This document shows, piece by piece, positions 39,573 to 46,232 of a stretch of 46,232 nt of DNA (position 1 is its first letter; each line of letters opens with the position of its first letter). Position numbers and translations under genes: made by a program. The notes beneath the pieces were generated by a model. It was not told the DNA's origin and did no database searches. It saw nothing but the letters and a program-made list of their open reading frames with translations. The DNA is from Bugula neritina. Its lineage: Eukaryota; Animalia; Bryozoa. The stretch spans positions 1 through 46,232 of the forward strand of contig CAXIUT010000137.1 of the NCBI GenBank assembly GCA_964035545.1, written 5' to 3'.

Positions 39573-39748
39573 TGAACTTAAATAATTATTATAGCTTTCT
39601 TTAACTATTAAATCCATTTCAAATTAATCTTCCGATTAATACTGACCAGGTAAAAAACACAAGACTTCATTTAAAAAGCATAGTCACTAATATTTATCTT
39701 CTCGTGATTCATATGATTCATGATATCAATAACATCAATAAATAAATA

Positions 39749-40951
39749 TCAGAAATTCAAATGATCTTAATTTTCTGAAGATATGCTACTTGAATAGTGA
39801 GGTTCAGGTTGTTCAATCGAGAAAGGTCGTTCGACTGCATCACTATGCCAGGGAATAAACATAGGACTATGAACCTAGAACTCATTGAAGTTGTTCTATC
39901 TTTCCATCATAAACACGAAATCATGATTTTCATCATACTCTTTAAAGTCTTCATCTTTCATAAGTAATTTATTAGCATCAGGAGAAACTATAATCTACTA
40001 AACTACTTTCATTTACATTTTATCGCCACTTTATTTCCTGATATTCTTCTCTTTTTCTTCATTTTCTTCTTTTTAAATGCTTCTAGCAGACTATTTATTT
40101 TGTTTTTATATTAATTTTCCTATCTTTTTGATCAATATATTTTCAAGTTCTGATTCTTTTTTTCCTGGATGTTTTTTTCCCTCATTAGAAATCAAAGATT
40201 TATACCTATTTTTGACCATATGCTCAGTTCTAGTGTTAAAAAGTTCTTTCATAGCTACTGACCATCGCTTTCCTCTTTTTTTAATGCAATTAAGTAAGAC
40301 AATATCTTCTGAAGAACTCCATTAGGAATGAATTTTTGATGGATCAAGGTGATTCATCCAACGTTATCTGCATTGTTTAGGATTTCTAAAAAACTTTTTT
40401 TATGAGCGAATAAATAGCTATCTAGCGATAGAGTTCCATCTACTTTTATACTACTTCTAACTATTTGAGTTGAGAGTTACCTGATGATGGTTTGGAGAAG
40501 TTAAGTTTATTCTTCAGACCATGAGATGGGTCTAGATGTGGGTTTGAGTAAAGATAGGCTTTGAAATTAGAAGAAAACTGTGCTTTTAAAGTTGAAGATA
40601 GGAGTGAAAAACTTCCAATCATCTTCATTCTATAATAGAACATTAATTACAAGTTATTCAATTTCTTTATGAAAGATATAGAGATAACTTAATAATAGCC
40701 AGATGAATATTCTTAACTCATTCTCATACCATGATTCCTCGTTAGAACTTTTACGGTTTAGGTAGAATCTACTTATAGTAAATTTACTTTTTCTCCATGG
40801 TTGTGTAAAGGTTGATAACTGTAGGGATAGTTAGTTCGCAAAGCTTGTATATTTTTACTAAATAGTTTTTTTATATTCTAGGTATTTCAGTCAGGAAATC
40901 TCTATTTTATTCTATGAGAGATATGAGTCGTTTGAAGTTGGTGTTTTCCAT
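39749..40951 (-). CDS. Myb-domain transcription factor (R2R3 plus a degenerate upstream repeat; 380 aa)
   Basis: SWSEEETELL, RWNSIA, RNPKQCRERWMNHLDP, WSSSED, RTEHMVKNRY; introns 40769-40787 (19), 40630-40650 (21), 40461-40480 (20). Confidence 0.88.
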
Positions 40952-41740
40952 GTTATAACTTTATTAATGGAAAATGACTTTTGAAGGCTTTTTTGTTTTT
41001 TGTCAGCGGCCTTCGCTCTCCAACCTCTTTCACCTTCATCAACATTCACCAGTCGTTGCCTTATAAAGCTAACATCCAAAAGAAATCAACCTATTTATCA
41101 ACCTTCAATTCCCCTCAAACATTTAAGTTAATCGAAATCATTTATACATAATTAATAGATATTATACAACTCATCACCTAAACCATTTTTATCCTATTTA
41201 TCTCATCCTTTCTATTTATTGGTTATATTTTTTTATGACTTTTTAAATATTAAAATATTATGACTTTATTATGATTTCCTTTTAACAAGATAAACACACT
41301 TTTTTAATCAATAGTTATAAAGACTTTTGCTTAAATTATTTACTACTATTATCTTCTATTTTCTAAATATAAATTTATTTACTTTACTGTCATTAAAATG
41401 TTCAATTGATTTTTATATGAAAAAACTCATACTGAATATTTGATTGTTTCCATTTGTCTTCAAACTATCTTCTCTAGTTGCATAATATTCAAAAATAACA
41501 AGACGCATATCCTAGTCACTAATTCTAAAAACAATAAATCAGGAAGATCATATTCAACTATCTCTAGACTTATAAATCAAAACTAGGAGACAACTTATCT
41601 TTGTTCAAAATAAAATATTTAGATATGAATCAATAACTACCCATGTTCCTTTTCGACTTATGATTCAGGATAAATCAAAAGTACTTTATCAATAGTTTTA
41701 TTAAAATGATCCTAATATGAGTTATACAGAATGATTATGA

Positions 41741-42483
41741 TCAATTTATGTCAATCTTATTACCAATAGCTTCCTTAACCATGCTTCTTTACTAAGCCAT
41801 CATCGTTTTGAGTTGACTCTCCATTTCTTAGGTCTTTTTTATCTCAGTTAAAAGTTCAAGTTATGATTTCTCTAAAGTCATCAACTTTTCCATCTTTTTC
41901 TCCTCTAAAGATAAATTTCTAGACATTTAATGTTCTCTCATTTGTCTGAAATCATCCATTTTATTTCTCCAAAAACGATCAACATTCTCCCTACATTAAA
42001 TCTCAATCAATCTGACTTTATTTCTTTTATTCATTTTAACATTTAATTCCTGTTTAATTTACTCTTTTACTCTTAACTAATTAAGTTCTCTTTGTTTTTT
42101 AATTTATCTAAAAAGTTGATTTTTAGAATCTCTTATTTGTGAACTTCTAGTTCTAATATTAGCTGCTCTGTTCATTCTTATTTATTTGAACACTCTGCTA
42201 TTACTACCAGCTTCGTTCTCGATATCTTTTTAGCGTCCTTAGATCTAGATAATAGCTAAAGTACTGATTGTTTTAGTTTATATCGATCCATTTTGATTTA
42301 CATAAGTTTTTTATGTGTTTATAGTTTGTTTTCAATGTTTTTTATTTTAGCTTGTTTTTATAGTTCAAGAATAACTAGTCTATTTTCTAGTTGTCGACAG
42401 TTTCTTTGATTTTTAAGAGCCTACTGCTTGAGTCTCCAGCCGGATGTATTCATAGATAGCTCGCTATTCTCTCTTTCTTCCAT
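41741..42483 (-). CDS. Coiled-coil hypothetical protein (240 aa)
   Basis: MEERENSEL..QLENRLVILELE..; 20-nt intron 42245-42264. Confidence 0.7.
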
Positions 42484-42686
42484 AAGTATATTCTATAACT
42501 ATAGAAAATATATTTATTAGAACAAATTATAAAACCATATCCTTCATATAAATTATCTTAACAACATCATCAGAATATCATTACATAAATATAAAAACAA
42601 CTATTCATCTTTTTTGATAATATAAATAACAAGAAGAAGATTAGATTTCTTAATTTCCTGATAGATAATATAAAGATATAGCAGTC

Positions 42687-44047
42687 ATGTAACTTGATTA
42701 AAAAACTCTATAGTAAATTTAGGAATTAAGAAGTTATACTCAAGGACTGGGTGTTGTCAAATTTATCAATCATAACTAAATGTCTTCTTACAACCTTACT
42801 TTCCAGCCATACACTTCATCCAAATAGTATTATTAGTATCTTGGTAACTTGTAAATTTTATGGCAAAAACTTTTCTTAAATATATCTAAAGATCATGAAT
42901 TCATTGAATCTATTTTCAAAAAATTGAGAACGAGAGATTAGATGACAGACCGATTAATGCAAATCTTCTAAAAATCAAAAAAAAAAAAAAAGATGGAATA
43001 GTCTTTGCCAGATGCGACTACTTCAGAGATCTAACAGGACAACCAAAATTAGTATAGTATAATACTTTTTGTATTGGCATGCAATCACACCAACAGCAAT
43101 TCCAATAAGCTAAAAAGTTATCAGATTTAGATCATATCAATGAATATGCTGCATGTCCTAATATAGACCACTTTTCCTAGGCAGTTAGACAATTTTATGA
43201 GAAGAAATCGCTAAAAGGTTTGTTTTTATTGGTAGGTAACAAAGAGGCATAAGCAAATGTGTTTTGTCAGATGAAGTTGGTGATAGAATTGAACAAAAAG
43301 GGGATAAAAGCAAGAAGAGTCAACATGAACTAGATTTATTCTAAATTTAAAAAAGATGAGGATAATAATATTTATTATGGATAGTAATAGATATCGATAG
43401 TATACTACAGGATAGGTATTAGATATAAAGATTATGAAATCGATGAGGATACAAATAAGGGATGGAAGCTAAAAGAATAAATATAGCTGAGTACAGCCTA
43501 TTGCATTCCTCCAGTTGGTATATAATTAGTAAATTAAAAAAGAATACAGACTTAATTGACAAAACCTGAAGTTCTTAGAAAATTTATATCAGAATCATAG
43601 GCATTATAGCTAGAAAAAACATTTGCCAGGCAGTGGTAATTTGATAGTATCAGCTAATCGTAATATCAAATACTAGTAAAAATGGTATAAAACAATCCGA
43701 ATTAGTATATTTTGAAGTTGAATATGGATGGAGGCGGGAACAATCTTTTTGGTTAGTAGATGGTACAAAAAATGAAGAATAGTACTAAAGAATAAAACCA
43801 GATTTATATATTAATGTAGAAAATACATACTGAGGATAGTAGTAATTTATTTATAAGTGGAAATTCTCTTAAATAGGTTAGCTGTCATTATGAGGTATCA
43901 AGATTTGGTGTATTTAGTTGGCTTGATAACTAGATGCTGACCAATCGATCTTCAGGATTTCTTATTAAAGTCAAACCGGCTTAGGCCAACTAAGGAGGCA
44001 TTATGATTGGAGTTGGAGCCATTGCTGCTTGGAAATTTAAGTAATGA
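42687..44047 (+). CDS. GSS: Eukaryotic-type glutathione synthetase family ATP-grasp ligase (divergent; about 453 aa); frameshift in the A15 run at 42977-42991
   Basis: ARCDY, KLVEYNT, EANVFCQ, VYYR, KLNMDGGGNNLFG, YILMEKI, NEGG. Confidence 0.85.
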
Positions 44048-44093
44048 TCAAATAAAGTTAAAATTATCATTATTTATTGTTATTTAATAAGGT

Positions 44094-45912
44094 TCATATT
44101 GACTATTTTTGAATAGTATCTTCGTGGTGTTCTATTTTGCTGATATTTCGTCCTATTTTTATATATTTTTTATACGATTATTTACTATTTTAGAAATCGA
44201 ATTGAGATTTGACTTTATTTCTACTATTAGAGCTATTATAGCTATTTTTTAATTTTATATTTCTGTTTTTGCCATAAACGAAATCAAGCCATGATCTCAC
44301 CTCCTTGTAATAATTTCTTTTGGATTTAGATTTACTCTTAGAAGAATATTCTATCTAATCAACCTAAGGAGATGGCTACTAACCAACTGTTAGCTGTCTG
44401 ATATTTTTTGATTATTTTGATGTTATTAGTTATGGAATTTATCTATATTTTATATACTTTTTTATTTTGGTTATGCTGTTTATACTTGAACTATCTTTTA
44501 ATTTATGAGATTTTATTCTTACTTTTTATAGACTTGGTAATCTATATAACTTGCTTGTTTCATTTACTAAGTCTTATAGCTATATTTTAGGATGTATTTC
44601 GCATTATTCAGTGAGTAGATGATTTCTTAGTATTTTTCTTTCGATGGAATTGGCGGTATCACAATGATAAGATTTTGTTTTTATTTTAAATTTTTAAGGA
44701 AATATATTGTCTTCATGCTGTTCTATTACCAATTTCATTTATTATGTATCTTTTTTATTCATTTTCTTCTATATCTCAAAAATAACATTCATAACTTGCT
44801 TATTCTAAATATACTGCTTCAAATAATAAAAATCACCCTCTTCTACTACTTCCCGCATAACCTTTATCCCTGAATACAAAAACTAAGAAGTGGGAACCAG
44901 ACATAAATACTAATCTTTTAGATTTTGATACTAGCCTACATCTAAAATCAGATGGATATGATATTTTCTATTTTATTGAAACATTCAGATAAATATTTGA
45001 AGACTTTGCTATCATGAATATCCAATAATTTATAATTAGAGTGATGTATATTTTTAAGTACCATTCCTAATTTCAATAATAGAACTGATGTTGTTCTAAT
45101 ATACTGGTTTATTCTTAATATATAATGGCTTTTTAGAATTTTAGTTGGATTGCCTTCGCTGTCCACCTCAGCCTAGCATAATTGGTATATCTAGCCCATT
45201 AAATAGTACTATCTTTGCTATGAACTCTAGACCCATCGCTAGACATAACTTCTTACCTACTCGTATCGACATAGTATCTACTGCAGCAGTTGCTATGATT
45301 ATATTACATGTCGACTGATGTTTTATTGTTTGTAGATATGACCTTCTCGAGAAAGTTATATTTTTAACTTAGAATTGATTATTGATTTTATTGGATATTA
45401 TTCATTCACTTTTTGACCATTTTGCAGCCATCCGAAGTATAACTCATCAGTCAACATATTTTCATTTTATATTCCAATTATAGATAAAAATATCTTATTG
45501 CCTTCCTTTTTATGTTAATCTAGTTGTCTATAAACCATTTTCAACATAGAATCCTACCCATCTTTTCCGATAATAGCCTGACTAGCTCTTTCAGGATGAT
45601 TACACATAAACACAGCCAAAGTCTAATCATGTTCAGGATACAATTGTCCAACTACCTCCATCATCTACCTTGATAATCTAGTACCTCTTTGGTCTATTCA
45701 CTCGAAACAACCCTCGAACACTTCCGCTGCACGTATTCGGTTGAATTGAACATTACGAATATATTTTGATTGTGTGGGTGACGATGTAGCTAGTATTCCC
45801 GTTGGTTGGTGTTGTTTAATATGGCTATAGATGTTATTGGGTTTTTTGAGGGTTTGGGGTGTATTTTGGGAAGAAGGCCTCTGTTTCGAGATAGTCTGTA
45901 TTTATTTTGCAT
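44094..45912 (-). CDS. Hypothetical protein with a highly degenerate kinesin-motor-like region (about 599 aa); frame break near 44950-44975
   Basis: TSVLLLKLGMVLKNI..IHDSKVFKYLSECF resembles kinesin N.SL..LG.VI..RDSKLT; no P-loop seen; 20-nt intron 45665-45684. Confidence 0.55.
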
Positions 45913-45961
45913 TATTATTAATATTTATATGGCTATTGTAGAATTGAAAATAAGAAGATTA

Positions 45962-46232
45962 TCAAGCATGCTGATCTACTGCCTTCTACAAATCATTGAA
46001 TTTTAACATCCAGCGACTCTCAACCTACATCAACCTTCTCTACAACTACAACTACATCTCTCTCTTGGTATTCTACACCTGTCCCTACAATCTCAACAAC
46101 TTCTGCTCTACTCTCGACTGCCACCCTATCCACACCTCTTCGTCCTCCTAACGATTCCCCTTAACCATAGGGAGCACCTTATCCTGCAACTATTTCACTT
46201 TTCTAAGAGCACTTTCCTGTCTTTTCCTTTCT
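45962..46232 (-). CDS. 3' end of a coiled-coil protein (runs off the window)
   Basis: ...RVEQKLLRLEGQVENTKREMELELERRLMEVE...DQHA*. Confidence 0.65.

Overview
This is the left end of a ciliate macronuclear chromosome, most likely from a peritrich (Vorticella/Carchesium-like). It starts with a (CCCCAA)n telomere at 1-82, followed by about 43 very tightly packed protein-coding genes on both strands. The supplied ORF track is misleading because TAA and TAG encode Glu here and TGA is the only stop (NCBI table 30), as shown by invariant motifs and paralog alignments. Genes are split by tiny GTA...AG introns: 23 of the 29 I could place are exactly 20 nt. Recognisable products are an Aurora-like kinase, REEP/Yop1, Serinc, ERK7/MAPK15, RPS19, a B-box protein, a TBC1D13-like RabGAP, DnaJ, two Myb proteins, TMEM208, a pseudokinase-MORN protein, Pam18, a LITAF-domain protein, GalE, a jacalin-like protein, an AGC-like pseudokinase, four tandem TauE/SafE transporters, a RING-H2 protein, a divergent glutathione synthetase and a degenerate kinesin-like protein. 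The most striking item is a 75-nt telomeric tract inside the 5' end of the TBC gene, flanked by a 3-nt direct repeat; removing it precisely restores the ATG frame. About ten 1-nt frame breaks, mostly in homopolymers, suggest long-read indel errors. All translations were done by eye and no database searches were run.
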